From contig CAYQEU010000001.1 in the NCBI GenBank assembly GCA_964416765.1, positions 549,357-613,356 on the forward strand: a stretch of 64,000 bases of DNA, written 5' to 3'. This DNA comes from an uncultured Candidatus Saccharibacteria bacterium (lineage in GTDB: Bacteria > Patescibacteriota > Doudnabacteria > UBA920). Of this stretch, positions 28,650-38,658 are shown one piece after another (positions within the stretch are counted from its first letter, which is position 1; each line of letters begins with the position of its first letter). A program made the translations under genes and the position numbers. Below the pieces are notes generated by a model. The model did no database searches, was not told the DNA's origin, and saw only the letters and a list, made by a program, of their open reading frames with translations.

Positions 28650-29082
28650 CGACAATGTGTTCAATGAGCGAATGCTCTTCCGATGCTTGCTGCTGCAAGA
28701 GATAATTCATTTCTTTAATGCGCACCAGTGCGTTGCCTTGCGCCTTTTCCGGTGCTTCTTCCGTGATGGTCGCCTTCCCCTGGCTTTCTACCAAGCTTTT
28801 CCCTTGTTTATGGAAGACAAAATGCTTTGGCTCAAAACTGGAGCCGGCTAAGGCAAACATGGAATTATACAACGGCCTGCCATTTACCTTGATAAAGACA
28901 ATGGCCAAGGCAGGAATTCCGATAAAAACCAACACGAATATTAGTAAAAGTACGCTGTGGCTAAGGTTCCAAGTCAAAAAGGCCAGGACCCCCACACCGA
29001 ATAAAATCCCGAACTGTTTAAAGCCCAAACCCGCTACGAGTTTGTCTTCGATATCGGTAAATTGAGGGACGTTATATTGCAT
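28621..29082 (-). CDS. prgI: PrgI family (VirB3-like) membrane protein
   Basis: MQYNVPQFTDIEDKLVAGLGFKQF, two TM helices, then KVNGRP. Confidence 0.85.
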   Translation of the reverse strand: MQYNVPQFTDIEDKLVAGLGFKQFGILFGVGVLAFLTWNLSHSVLLLIFVLVFIGIPALAIVFIKVNGRPLYNSMFALAGSSFEPKHFVFHKQGKSLVESQGKATITEEAPEKAQGNALVRIKEMNYLLQQQASEEHSLIEHIVDGEKTKQTS

Positions 29083-29109
29083 ATTGGCCCCTTAATTATA
29101 CCATATGAA

Positions 29110-29898
29110 CTAGCTAAATTGAATTGATTTTAGCAAATCAGAGAAGGCTTCAAATTCGGCTTTAGACATCAAGCTTTTGCCTTCCCACTGTTCAGGAAAA
29201 GCCCCCGCGGGGCTGCTTAAAGCAGCGCGGCCGGTATCCAGGTATGTCTGGTATAAGAGGCTCTTCTCTAAATAAAACAGAACTTCAAAGTAATTAGAAG
29301 CCGCAACAAGTTTTTTGAGCGCAGGGATAAGTCCCCCGTCCATAGTCCTCATGCTTCCTAAGGTTAGCAGAGAGGCGTCTTTAGGCTGGTCCAACTCCTT
29401 GGGGCCTGGTGGCTCCGGTTTTACGGGTTTGGACGCGGCTTTCGGGTAAGAAACCGGCGGCTTAACTGCTCCCGCCGAAGTGACGGTTCTTTTGCCGTCG
29501 GTTAGCCGGCCTTCGGGTCTCGTGCCGGTTAATTCCTTCTCCTCCATAGCCTGACGCAAATTTGCTTCCCATTGCTTTAACGTGCCGCGCTTGCGGGACG
29601 TTGGCAAAGGAAACTTCGGCAAGTTTGAAATGTGGCTTAGGGGCATTTTCTGGGGCTGGGATGGAGTTGCGACTACGGGCGGTGTTGCCTTGGCGGGAGT
29701 AGTAGCTGGCGTGGTGGCAGGCGCTCCGGGTTTAGCAGCCGCTGATGGGCCAGGACCTTCCAAAATCGCCTGCAACTCTGAAGCCTGCTTGTCATTCATT
29801 ACAATAAGCATATCCAACCATTCCGCCTTTTCCGCGTCGCTGAGCATGGTGGAGGAATGAATCATCTGCTTAAGTTTTTCCATTTGCTGTGATTGCAT
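29110..29898 (-). CDS. Hypothetical cytoplasmic protein with Pro/Ala/Lys-rich linker
   Basis: 262-aa ORF co-oriented and abutting within the cluster. Confidence 0.7.
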   Translation of the reverse strand: MQSQQMEKLKQMIHSSTMLSDAEKAEWLDMLIVMNDKQASELQAILEGPGPSAAAKPGAPATTPATTPAKATPPVVATPSQPQKMPLSHISNLPKFPLPTSRKRGTLKQWEANLRQAMEEKELTGTRPEGRLTDGKRTVTSAGAVKPPVSYPKAASKPVKPEPPGPKELDQPKDASLLTLGSMRTMDGGLIPALKKLVAASNYFEVLFYLEKSLLYQTYLDTGRAALSSPAGAFPEQWEGKSLMSKAEFEAFSDLLKSIQFS

Positions 29899-29899
29899 G

Positions 29900-31333
29900 C
29901 TAGCTTTGCTTTCTGCTTCTTAATTCGTCCAGTTTTTTGGCGATATCATCCGCGCTAGGGCCCGTTTTTATTTCCGCTGGCGCCACGGGGAGCTGGGAAG
30001 GAACTGCAAGAGCCGCCGCTTTCGAAGGCTCATTCGCTATGGGTTTTACTGCCGGTTTGTCTGCTTCTTTGTCCGCCGGTTTTCGTGATGGTGTTTCGAT
30101 CTTTGGCGCTGGGTCGAACACAATTCCTCCTCGCCCCTTTGTGCGCTGGTTCAAGAAGTCTTGGATGTTCATGGGCGGATTGGCAGTCCGGATATTCATC
30201 TCCTTGAGTTTTGCCTTAATCTCTTCATCTACTTCACTGGATTTGGGTGGTACCACTGGAGCAGGCTTGTCCTCAACTATGTAGCTTTCGGCCGGAAGCT
30301 TGGGCTTGGGTGCTGCGGGTACGAATTTGGCCGCCGGTGCCGGCTTAGGCATGGATGCCTCCACGGGTTTAGGTGGCTGGATAGGAGCTGGCTGGGGTTT
30401 TACTGCCGCAGAAGCCGGTTTGACGACGGCTGTAGGTTTAACCAATTCGGAATTGGTCACCGGTGTTGGTACACTAATCTCATACTTTTCCTCGGACGCA
30501 GGCTGAATGGGAATGTCTTCTTCGATAGGCGGAGCTATTTCAAAATGGGGTTTCAGCAACCAACGATAAAAATCAATTAATTTCAAAAATAGTTTTTTCT
30601 CTTCGGCGTTTAAGGTTTGGACGTTTTTGGACGTAGAAACGTATTTGGCTTCGTCATATGCGTCACGGCCGCTATTTACTGAAGTTAAATAGGGGCGGGC
30701 GTCTTCCAGCCAGTTCTTAATGTAAGGCAATCGCTGCCCATCAATACTGGTCAATTTGGTTGACCCTAGAATCTCTTCGTTTTGGTCCAGCGCCTGGATA
30801 AATTTTTGGGTCCAGGTTAAGTCAAAATTGGCCTGTTCAATAAGGAAGCGACGTTCAAAGCTGGCCAGCAGGTTCAGTCGGGGCAAAAAATAGAGGATGT
30901 CATTGCGCAGGATATCAGCCCATTCCTCGTCGGACAGGTCGTCAAAAACGCCAACTTCAAAAATATTAATAGCGTCAATAAGGTCTTGTCCTACCTGAAT
31001 GTCTTTGCTGTTAATCCACCCTGGCAAATCGCGCATTAAACCGATAGCATACGTGCCAAAATTAAAATCAGCGTCGTCAATGACTGTCTTCAGAAACTCT
31101 GGAACTCCACGGATATCACCGTCGTGGGCCTTTTTACCGAGGTCAGCCAGCTTTAATATGACATTAACCAAAGAATCCTTTATCAGTTCAAAATCGCTGC
31201 TGTTTATGACCTTCCAGATAAGATCCTGGGAATGCTCTCCCAAATTAGGGATTGCAGCAAGGACTGACTGCTTTTGCGCGTCAGTCCAGTTTGATTGGCT
31301 GATTAATTGTGTAAATTCTTCTATTGAAGCCAT
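29900..31333 (-). CDS. Hypothetical protein (helical N-domain, Pro/Lys-rich C-terminus)
   Basis: 477-aa ORF within the cluster; no TM. Confidence 0.75.
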   Translation of the reverse strand: MASIEEFTQLISQSNWTDAQKQSVLAAIPNLGEHSQDLIWKVINSSDFELIKDSLVNVILKLADLGKKAHDGDIRGVPEFLKTVIDDADFNFGTYAIGLMRDLPGWINSKDIQVGQDLIDAINIFEVGVFDDLSDEEWADILRNDILYFLPRLNLLASFERRFLIEQANFDLTWTQKFIQALDQNEEILGSTKLTSIDGQRLPYIKNWLEDARPYLTSVNSGRDAYDEAKYVSTSKNVQTLNAEEKKLFLKLIDFYRWLLKPHFEIAPPIEEDIPIQPASEEKYEISVPTPVTNSELVKPTAVVKPASAAVKPQPAPIQPPKPVEASMPKPAPAAKFVPAAPKPKLPAESYIVEDKPAPVVPPKSSEVDEEIKAKLKEMNIRTANPPMNIQDFLNQRTKGRGGIVFDPAPKIETPSRKPADKEADKPAVKPIANEPSKAAALAVPSQLPVAPAEIKTGPSADDIAKKLDELRSRKQS

Positions 31334-31341
31334 CGATTATA

Positions 31342-34300
31342 CTAGAATGTTTTTCTATATCTTGGTTCTTTCCTCTCAAAATCGCTGCTAGGAACAATCT
31401 TCGGCTCGTCATCGTTGACTGACGCAGGATTAGGGTTGGCGTTCGGGGTGAAAGTTTGCCCTGCCGGAGCCGGAGTGCTTGGAGCAGCTTGTCCTTGTAG
31501 ATAATTCTTCCTGAATAATGCGATTTTATCGGCGGCTCTGGCCAAAGAATCGGCTTCGGTCATGTTTGGGTTCTGTTCTCTAAATGCTTTGGCCACCTTT
31601 TCGACAGCTTTAGGATCTTCACTCAAGGCTCCTTCATATTTAATTTTCTGGGCCTTGTTAACACGCGTAGCATTTTTATAATTAGTCTCATCCGCATCTA
31701 CTATAAAATGTGCGGCTCCTCCACTCATGATATACCTGTTTTGGCTGTCTTTCTCCGCAATCGCAGAATGGTGGCCATTTCGTGCAATGTCTTGAGGTTC
31801 CCATTTTCTACGCTGGGCAGTTTGATACTCATACATATCTTTCATGTCTTTGGCGCTTTCAGTGTCTCTAATTTTCAAGTTTCCACTTTTGTCACGATAA
31901 GTAAGCCCCATCAACGCCTGGTTTCGTTTGGAAAAGCCTACGCCATTTATAGATTCCAAAACGCGTGCGGCATAGTCTTCGCTAAAAATACCATGCTCAA
32001 CCTGAGCTTTCATAAAGTTAAGGATATCCTTGGATAATTCACCAGTTTTTTCGAAATGATTGTTCGCATCTTCTGAATAACGATCCATTGCGGTATTTAA
32101 GCCATTGGCTTGGGCCAAGGCTAACAAGCTTCCCGCTTGTTGAGTCATACGAGTATTGCCGCTACCTTGGTGCATACCATGAAGCAATTCCTGCACTTGG
32201 TATTCTTCATCCTTGTCTTTCATGTGGTCAGCGTGATGCGCCGCTTCGTGGTCGAGCGTGCTAAAGTACTCATCAGAAACAGGACCGCCACCCAAAAGTG
32301 TTCGTCCTCTGACTTTAATACCTTTGCGGAAAGTATCAAAGGCTTGTCCCTTAACCTGCTTCTCCTGCGCTTCCTTCTTTTCCGTATCCTGCGCTTTATA
32401 ACCTTCGTATTGACGCTTGGGCGTAAGGGCCATACCCAAAGCTTTCAAAGCGCCACCCTGCAGGCCACCCTTTCCTTCTCCTCTTTCAATTAACCTCATA
32501 GCCTGATCAGTCTTGTATCTATTGGCCCTATCAGCAGCAGCCGCACCCCCAGCCTTAGCCGCTTTCCCATACCATTCAAATGGCTTGCGCATTCCCTTTT
32601 CCGCAAAGTTGGCTACTGCTTGCCCACCGTACGTACCGGAACTGGAAGCTGCCTTAAGGCCAACCAAGATAAACAAGATAGTTAAAATTTGACTGCCAGC
32701 GAGGTAAACAAACTGTGAAATTTCCCCGCTAACTTTTTGACTGGCCAACAATTGGGAAAAAGTCCCCTGGTCACGCAGCATGGTGGTCACAAAAACCGCG
32801 GACAGGTTCAGGAAGAATGCCAAAACCGGGGTCATGAAAGCATACTTCAAAAAGTGCGTCCACCAACTTCTGGTGTAGCTGGCTGTTTGGGGCAGGACAT
32901 TCGCCACATAAGCTAGTGGCGATACTAGTAGTAATATCCAAAGGGCCACTATTCGAATTACCAGGAAAGCAGCCAAAGCCAGGAAAGTAAAGAACGCGCC
33001 CAACGCCAATGCCAAGGCGAATATAGGCTTCGTTAGGTTGGCAAACGAGGCGCCGGCCGTGGTAGCGTTGCCGGTGCTGAAGTTACTGGAGTCGGTGAGT
33101 TTGTTGATCGGCTCAACCATCAACTTGCTGCCCAAAGCGCGAATTACATTGGTGCTATCGGGCAGAAACTGTTGTTGCACGGTATCGGCAACGCCCAATA
33201 CGGCCTGGCCAAACACAAGACTAAAGTTAACCAACAAAGCCGCTATAACTACCTTAACCAGCAAGTGCTTATAGTTGTAGCTTTCCAACCGGAATAATGT
33301 ACCCAACCCAATAACCAGCAATATAACAATAAAGAAAATGTTGCAGAGGTTGCGGATGAGCTGCCACCCCAGGTAAATGGCTTCTACGAACACGTCCTGG
33401 TAAGGGTGAACCTGGAGGAGAGACTCAATTAACGGCGCTACCACGTTTGAAAACGCCCAATAAATAATTCTTACATGGGCGAGGATGTAATAAGTTAAAA
33501 TCCTATTTAAAATATCCGCGAGAGTTGAACCGGTACCCCCTAGCGTGCCACTTCCTCCGGTATTGTCAGTAGTGTCTGGCGGTTTATCTTTATCGGCTAA
33601 GTAAGCTGCTTTACCCGCATCAGTATTTGCGTAAACTTTAACATTGATTTTCCTGACAAGATCGGAAGAAACATACGCCGCTTCGGTGCTGCCCGGCAAA
33701 AGCCAATTGGAATAACCGACATATGGAAAAACGTAAAGAGTGTTGATCTGTCCTGTGTCAGAGGCTTTGTTAATTCCATAGGATTCACGGGTGGCTTTAT
33801 CTAAAACAATGTCTGTGGATGCTGGTTCATTCGCGTTTATTGTAAGATATACCGGAAATATTGCGTTGCTGGTTATAAGATATGGGGCAGCTAACTTTTG
33901 GGAACAGCTTCTAACATTAGTGCTAAAGACGACTCCCCCCGAACACAATGTCGCAGGGTCGGCGTTGGTGTATATTAGTCCGAATCCCACAATTTGCCTC
34001 GCGCTCGGCATGACCTTGTCGACATATAAATTGTCCCATCCCACACCCCCTGCGTTGTAGCCGCTTATATAAAGCTTGTCCGGCTTAACCATGGACAGAC
34101 TGGCTGTAATCTTAATAGGGCCGCTCCCCGTACCGGCTGCATCAACCGGACCATCCTTATCAACCAATACACGGAAAAAATCCCCGGGTTTAAACGGATC
34201 AATTTTTACGCCTATATCATCAACACCAAAGTTTCGCTGTGAAAGGTCGGCTTTTGCCGGATTTGAATTCGCAAAAAACACAGTAATTGCAAGCACAAAT

Positions 34301-34353
34301 ACTGTGGTAAACCCTAGGAAGATAGATTTTAGTTTTGGTTTCTTGAAAGTCAC
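31342..34353 (-). CDS. Large polytopic membrane protein, extended VirB6/TrbL-like
   Basis: Signal-like N-terminus, exported domain, GW.LIRNLCNIFF, AALLVNFS, IRIVALWILLLVSPLA and WW..F.KYAF motifs, ~420-aa soluble tail; GTG start. Confidence 0.72.
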   Translation of the reverse strand: MTFKKPKLKSIFLGFTTVFVLAITVFFANSNPAKADLSQRNFGVDDIGVKIDPFKPGDFFRVLVDKDGPVDAAGTGSGPIKITASLSMVKPDKLYISGYNAGGVGWDNLYVDKVMPSARQIVGFGLIYTNADPATLCSGGVVFSTNVRSCSQKLAAPYLITSNAIFPVYLTINANEPASTDIVLDKATRESYGINKASDTGQINTLYVFPYVGYSNWLLPGSTEAAYVSSDLVRKINVKVYANTDAGKAAYLADKDKPPDTTDNTGGSGTLGGTGSTLADILNRILTYYILAHVRIIYWAFSNVVAPLIESLLQVHPYQDVFVEAIYLGWQLIRNLCNIFFIVILLVIGLGTLFRLESYNYKHLLVKVVIAALLVNFSLVFGQAVLGVADTVQQQFLPDSTNVIRALGSKLMVEPINKLTDSSNFSTGNATTAGASFANLTKPIFALALALGAFFTFLALAAFLVIRIVALWILLLVSPLAYVANVLPQTASYTRSWWTHFLKYAFMTPVLAFFLNLSAVFVTTMLRDQGTFSQLLASQKVSGEISQFVYLAGSQILTILFILVGLKAASSSGTYGGQAVANFAEKGMRKPFEWYGKAAKAGGAAAADRANRYKTDQAMRLIERGEGKGGLQGGALKALGMALTPKRQYEGYKAQDTEKKEAQEKQVKGQAFDTFRKGIKVRGRTLLGGGPVSDEYFSTLDHEAAHHADHMKDKDEEYQVQELLHGMHQGSGNTRMTQQAGSLLALAQANGLNTAMDRYSEDANNHFEKTGELSKDILNFMKAQVEHGIFSEDYAARVLESINGVGFSKRNQALMGLTYRDKSGNLKIRDTESAKDMKDMYEYQTAQRRKWEPQDIARNGHHSAIAEKDSQNRYIMSGGAAHFIVDADETNYKNATRVNKAQKIKYEGALSEDPKAVEKVAKAFREQNPNMTEADSLARAADKIALFRKNYLQGQAAPSTPAPAGQTFTPNANPNPASVNDDEPKIVPSSDFERKEPRYRKTF

Positions 34354-34417
34354 TTATTTAGAGCGAATTGCACCTTGATTATACCATAAAAGCCCTTGGA
34401 ATACCAAGGGCTTCTTG

Positions 34418-35611
34418 TTAGCGAAGGTACCGGTCAATACATCTGCTTATATCCGCCGATATATTGGTGGTTCCTTTTATGCAGGCCTGGAATTGGTCGA
34501 TGTCGCCAAAGGTTTCCTGCTGTTTGGAATCGAGGATTGCTGAACGATTTTGGGCGTAAGCCGCTGTACAATCCGCAGCTCCCCTTTTGGCGGCTTCCTG
34601 CTGCTGTGGTGTAACCAATACAGGGTCGCTATCATATATCCCCTGGGAACTTCCATCAATACATTGGCTCAGGCCCATGCTATCCGTAGGACTATCAGGG
34701 TAGGGTAAGTCGGTGCCGCCCCCTCCGCCATTATCCTCATTGGGAGCAGCGATGTTAAGTACTCGACCCGAAGGGGCTTGGTTATCCAGACAAACCATGT
34801 CGAATGGCGCGCAACCCGCGGCCGCGTGGGAATTAATATAACCTTGAAGCGAAGGATCAGAGTAATCCCTAACCATATGAGAATATGGATTGGCAAGAGA
34901 AACGTCATAAAGAGGAGCGGCGCTGGGGTTGGAGCCCTCAGTGCCGGTGCTGACGCCTAGTACCCGGCTCGATAGCTGATAATCAGAAACCAGTTTGGCG
35001 CAAGTGCTCGCGTTGGTCTGGTCATCACACAAAGTCACGCACTTGCTTGCAGTACCGCAAGCGGCAAAGTCACGGCTAGAAAGCAAGCCAACAGCCATGC
35101 GCGTTGCTACGTCAATCATGTCCGGTTTCATGTAACCTTGTTTGACTGAGAAGGTGGCACAAAGCGGTACATGGGTAAGCTGGTCACAAAAATCCAAACA
35201 AGCTTGCTGACTAACACAGTTGTGTAATTCCGTGATTGGGTAAGTGTAACCGAGCATGTAAGTTTTGATGGGCGCGGTTGGCTGCATGTCAGAAGCGGTC
35301 ATAATAACTGCTGCCGCTCCCCCGTTGGAAGTCGTGCTAATTCCGCTCGGCTGGCCCGGGAATGGATTAACATAAATTCCCTGCAGCGGATTTGCCTGCG
35401 GATTGTCGCTCGCTCCCAACACCGTGCCTTTGTCTTCCGGCAATGAGCTCGCGCTGGACTGTGCCGCCGCCACTACATTACCAGTCACTGGCTTGCCCTG
35501 ATGGATGGCAAACTGGGTCCGCACCGACTTGACCAAGTAACTGGTCAGCCCAATGGTCATGAGTGCGGCCAGGAGCAGTAAGCTTAATTGTGTTTTTCTT
35601 TCAACGCTCAT
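34418..35611 (-). CDS. Membrane-anchored Cys-rich exported protein
   Basis: N-terminal TM; two C-x5-C-x3-C-x8-C repeats; 14 Cys. Confidence 0.72.
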   Translation of the reverse strand: MSVERKTQLSLLLLAALMTIGLTSYLVKSVRTQFAIHQGKPVTGNVVAAAQSSASSLPEDKGTVLGASDNPQANPLQGIYVNPFPGQPSGISTTSNGGAAAVIMTASDMQPTAPIKTYMLGYTYPITELHNCVSQQACLDFCDQLTHVPLCATFSVKQGYMKPDMIDVATRMAVGLLSSRDFAACGTASKCVTLCDDQTNASTCAKLVSDYQLSSRVLGVSTGTEGSNPSAAPLYDVSLANPYSHMVRDYSDPSLQGYINSHAAAGCAPFDMVCLDNQAPSGRVLNIAAPNEDNGGGGGTDLPYPDSPTDSMGLSQCIDGSSQGIYDSDPVLVTPQQQEAAKRGAADCTAAYAQNRSAILDSKQQETFGDIDQFQACIKGTTNISADISRCIDRYLR

Positions 35612-35616
35612 ATAAA

Positions 35617-37248
35617 TTATTTATTGCCCGATGTTTGATGCTGGTTCGGCAGGTTCGGGTTCGTGTTACTCAGCTGTCCTTTAAGCTGCGCCAATCCTTC
35701 GTTAATCCCTACCGGCAGCAAAGAGTTGGCGGTGTTGGAAAGGAATCCGCCAAAAGTGGTTCCGTTCTGAATGCCGAACAATTCGTCCGCTACTGTTTTA
35801 CCAAGCTTGGAAGCGATTTTGCCAGCCAGGGTTGGATGAGTGGTGTTGTATTTGGTCTGGTCGAACAATGACTGCATCCACTTATCGGAAGCATTGTGGG
35901 CTTCCTGGGCTAGAGTCTTGATGTTGCGGTCGCAAGGTTCGAGTATGCCCGTACCAACTTTATTCTGAAGGTCGTTCAGGGCCTGCACGGCGGCATTGTA
36001 AACCTGCTGCGCCTGGTCAATCTGGTCTTTGATGGCGCGGTCAACATCCGAAATTCCGGTATTGCCACCGCCCTGATTTTTCAAAATCTGCAAGGCTAAT
36101 GCAGCTTCGCCCACCTTATTAGTAGCTGCCGCCAGGTCGCTGTTGATCTTAGTTTGTTCTGCGGTCTTATCAGTACAAGTTCGGACGTTCTTAAACTGGT
36201 TGCCGGTTTGCATTTCCTGCTGAGCCAATTTGTCGCTATCAGCCAGGAAGCGGTCCACGTCAGACATCCCGGTGTATAGATGAGTTTCCGACCAGCTGCG
36301 TTCGTCCCCGGCGTCGGAGACTTTGCCCCAGTAATCAGGGCTTGTCCAGTCCAGCGTGTCCGCGGAAACCTGGTATTTACTGGCTTCAACAGCGGCCAGG
36401 TTCTTGGCAGTAGTAAGTCCGGTCACATCACCCAGTACCTGATTCTTGTATAAGGATGCCGCAATCAACCGGGTCCGTTCATTTCCTTTAGCGGACTTGT
36501 TGATTTCCTGGATGCCATAGATTTGGCTTTGCAATGCTTGCTTGAGCAGGTCAGGGTCACGGTTACCCAATACACTACTTAGTGTCTTGATGCCGCGAAT
36601 GGAAGCTTCCTGCTGCACCGCCATGGTAAAGTTGTACATTATTCCTTCGAACACGTCGGAGAAAGCCTGGTCCTCTTGCTGTTCGTATTGGGCAAGTTGG
36701 GTCTGCAAGTCAGCTTTCTTTTGGTTGATGATAGTGCGGTTATGTTCGATGTTATCCGACTGGGAGATACTCGCGCCTTTTGCGTTGTCTACCGCGATAG
36801 AAAGCGGTACCCAGCAAGCGGTAAGTTGGTTCAATGTCGAATCAACTTTGTAGGCCGGGAAAAACGTATTGCTTACGTCTGTTTTGTCAGAACCAGCAAT
36901 AACTTTGCCAGCCCGGTCGGCCAAGTCCAAAAAGATATTTGAATCGTTAAACTTATCACAGTAAGTCGGGTTGAGGAGCTGGTCAGTTACCACGCGTTCC
37001 CAAGGGGTACCGTCGGCCACAAATTTAGCGGTGCTAACAGCAGCGTTGGTTGTCGTCGAAACAGAAGTGACACCAGTAGTAACGGTGGTAGCCGCTCCTT
37101 CAATTTCTTGAGGGGGATCTGCGCAAAAGAATGGTGGGCAGGGAATTCCGAAAACGGCTTTTGTTTGATGGTGCGGATATACCAGACCTCCACAAACAAT
37201 ACTCAAGACTAGAATTGATATTGAAATTCTCTTAAAAACCAACATCAT
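35617..37248 (-). CDS. Exported helical/coiled-coil protein of the T4SS-like cluster
   Basis: Signal peptide, Thr-rich stretch, Gln/Ala coiled coils; overlaps the upstream gene. Confidence 0.72.
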   Translation of the reverse strand: MMLVFKRISISILVLSIVCGGLVYPHHQTKAVFGIPCPPFFCADPPQEIEGAATTVTTGVTSVSTTTNAAVSTAKFVADGTPWERVVTDQLLNPTYCDKFNDSNIFLDLADRAGKVIAGSDKTDVSNTFFPAYKVDSTLNQLTACWVPLSIAVDNAKGASISQSDNIEHNRTIINQKKADLQTQLAQYEQQEDQAFSDVFEGIMYNFTMAVQQEASIRGIKTLSSVLGNRDPDLLKQALQSQIYGIQEINKSAKGNERTRLIAASLYKNQVLGDVTGLTTAKNLAAVEASKYQVSADTLDWTSPDYWGKVSDAGDERSWSETHLYTGMSDVDRFLADSDKLAQQEMQTGNQFKNVRTCTDKTAEQTKINSDLAAATNKVGEAALALQILKNQGGGNTGISDVDRAIKDQIDQAQQVYNAAVQALNDLQNKVGTGILEPCDRNIKTLAQEAHNASDKWMQSLFDQTKYNTTHPTLAGKIASKLGKTVADELFGIQNGTTFGGFLSNTANSLLPVGINEGLAQLKGQLSNTNPNLPNQHQTSGNK

Positions 37249-37988
37249 AGCACCACTCCGTACTGCGCGCTTAACTGGACGCGCGTTGTTTTGATTTTAT
37301 CGCCGAGGGAATAAAACAACGATGCGGCGGAAACCGCGTTGTCGTCCGGTCCATTTGGCGACATGCTTAACGCCATCTGGGCAAGCGAAGTATAATAAAC
37401 AATTTTCATCCGGTGAAACTGCTCAAACTGGGAAGGAACTTTGAGGTTGCGCAATTCCGCGACAACCGCTTTATAAGTTTGCGCGGAACTTTCCAAGCTT
37501 TGCGGGTCGCGGCCGGACAAAGCACCAATGGCAAAGTTGGTGCCGTACTGGCTTTCAATTTGGTGCAGTTGTAGCGCGTAATCATTCAAGTCATAACGGT
37601 CGTTGGTTTGGTAAACGTTCAAAGGCAATGAAGTAACCAGATCGGAATTCAAAACTTCCTCAGTGTCGACGCTGGTATCAAGCCCCGTGCTGGCGCCAAG
37701 AACCGCGCCGGGAGCGGACATGGTTGGGTCAAGCTCAGCGAGCTGCGATTGGGTCTGCCCATCATCGGCGGAACCCTGAGCGCCGCCCTGCTTCGCTAAA
37801 ATTTCCCGCGCCTGCGCTAGTGCTTGTTCGTAAGTCATGCCTGGCTTGTCGGCCTTGGCATGGCCAAAATTAAAAGCGCCTAAAGTGAAACCGCCGCGCA
37901 TGAACAAAGCCGCGGTTAAAGCAACGACGCTTAAAACAATAAGTTTAATGTGGCCTCTGGCAAAAGAGGTCCCGGAATCAGATTCCAT
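37245..37988 (-). CDS. Membrane-anchored hypothetical protein, first gene of the cluster
   Basis: N-terminal TM; L..LKVPSQFEQFH motif; TGCTATAAT upstream at about 38063-38071. Confidence 0.72.
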   Translation of the reverse strand: MESDSGTSFARGHIKLIVLSVVALTAALFMRGGFTLGAFNFGHAKADKPGMTYEQALAQAREILAKQGGAQGSADDGQTQSQLAELDPTMSAPGAVLGASTGLDTSVDTEEVLNSDLVTSLPLNVYQTNDRYDLNDYALQLHQIESQYGTNFAIGALSGRDPQSLESSAQTYKAVVAELRNLKVPSQFEQFHRMKIVYYTSLAQMALSMSPNGPDDNAVSAASLFYSLGDKIKTTRVQLSAQYGVVL

Positions 37989-38133
37989 ATTTATTGATTG
38001 AATTGTGTTTTTGTTTCTATGTGGAACTATTTTGGTTCCGCTAGATTACTCACTATATCCTTATTATAGCATAGTTTAAGAAAAATTGCAACCGCATTTA
38101 GACGACTCTCCCCCGCGGGCGTATAATTAACTC

Positions 38134-38658
38134 ATGAAAGTTTACGGGAAAGAATTTGGGAAAGTTTTTGTAATTGTTTTGGCGGCGGTGTTGTGCTCCG
38201 TTGCCGTGGGAATTTATTTTATGGAAAATAAAACAGCGCCTGAGGCGGCTGAAGCCACCGGCGCGGCGCGTCTGAATTTTGACCACAATGTTATGTTGGA
38301 TGGAGCGAGCCTGAAGGTAGCGCTTGCCGACACCGACCAAACCAGACAGCAAGGGCTCTCCGGCCAAACCTCGCTGACGGACAGTGAAGGAATGATGTTC
38401 GACTTTTCCAACTCCGAACGGCGCCGTCCGGGATTCTGGATGAAAGAGATGCAATTCCCGCTCGACATCATTTGGGTTAAAGACAATGTCGTCATCGATA
38501 TCGCGCGGGATGTCCCGGCTCCCAACACGGGGACGGAACTTTCCAAGCTCCCGCTTTATTTCCCCCCAACTGAAATAGACAAAGTAATTGAAGTTAACGC
38601 GGGATGGTGCGCGCGCCACAACATTGGCAACGGCAGTAAGTTAACTATTAGCAAGTAA
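38134..38658 (+). CDS. DUF192 family protein
   Basis: ADT...RQQGLSG, GMMF, FWMKEMQFPLDIIW and VIEVNAG motifs. Confidence 0.9.
   Translation: MKVYGKEFGKVFVIVLAAVLCSVAVGIYFMENKTAPEAAEATGAARLNFDHNVMLDGASLKVALADTDQTRQQGLSGQTSLTDSEGMMFDFSNSERRRPGFWMKEMQFPLDIIWVKDNVVIDIARDVPAPNTGTELSKLPLYFPPTEIDKVIEVNAGWCARHNIGNGSKLTISK

Noticed and set aside
21566-37988. Integrative conjugative element or prophage
   Set aside because: No integrase, relaxase, att repeats or phage structural genes; flanked by radA and DUF192/rsmA.
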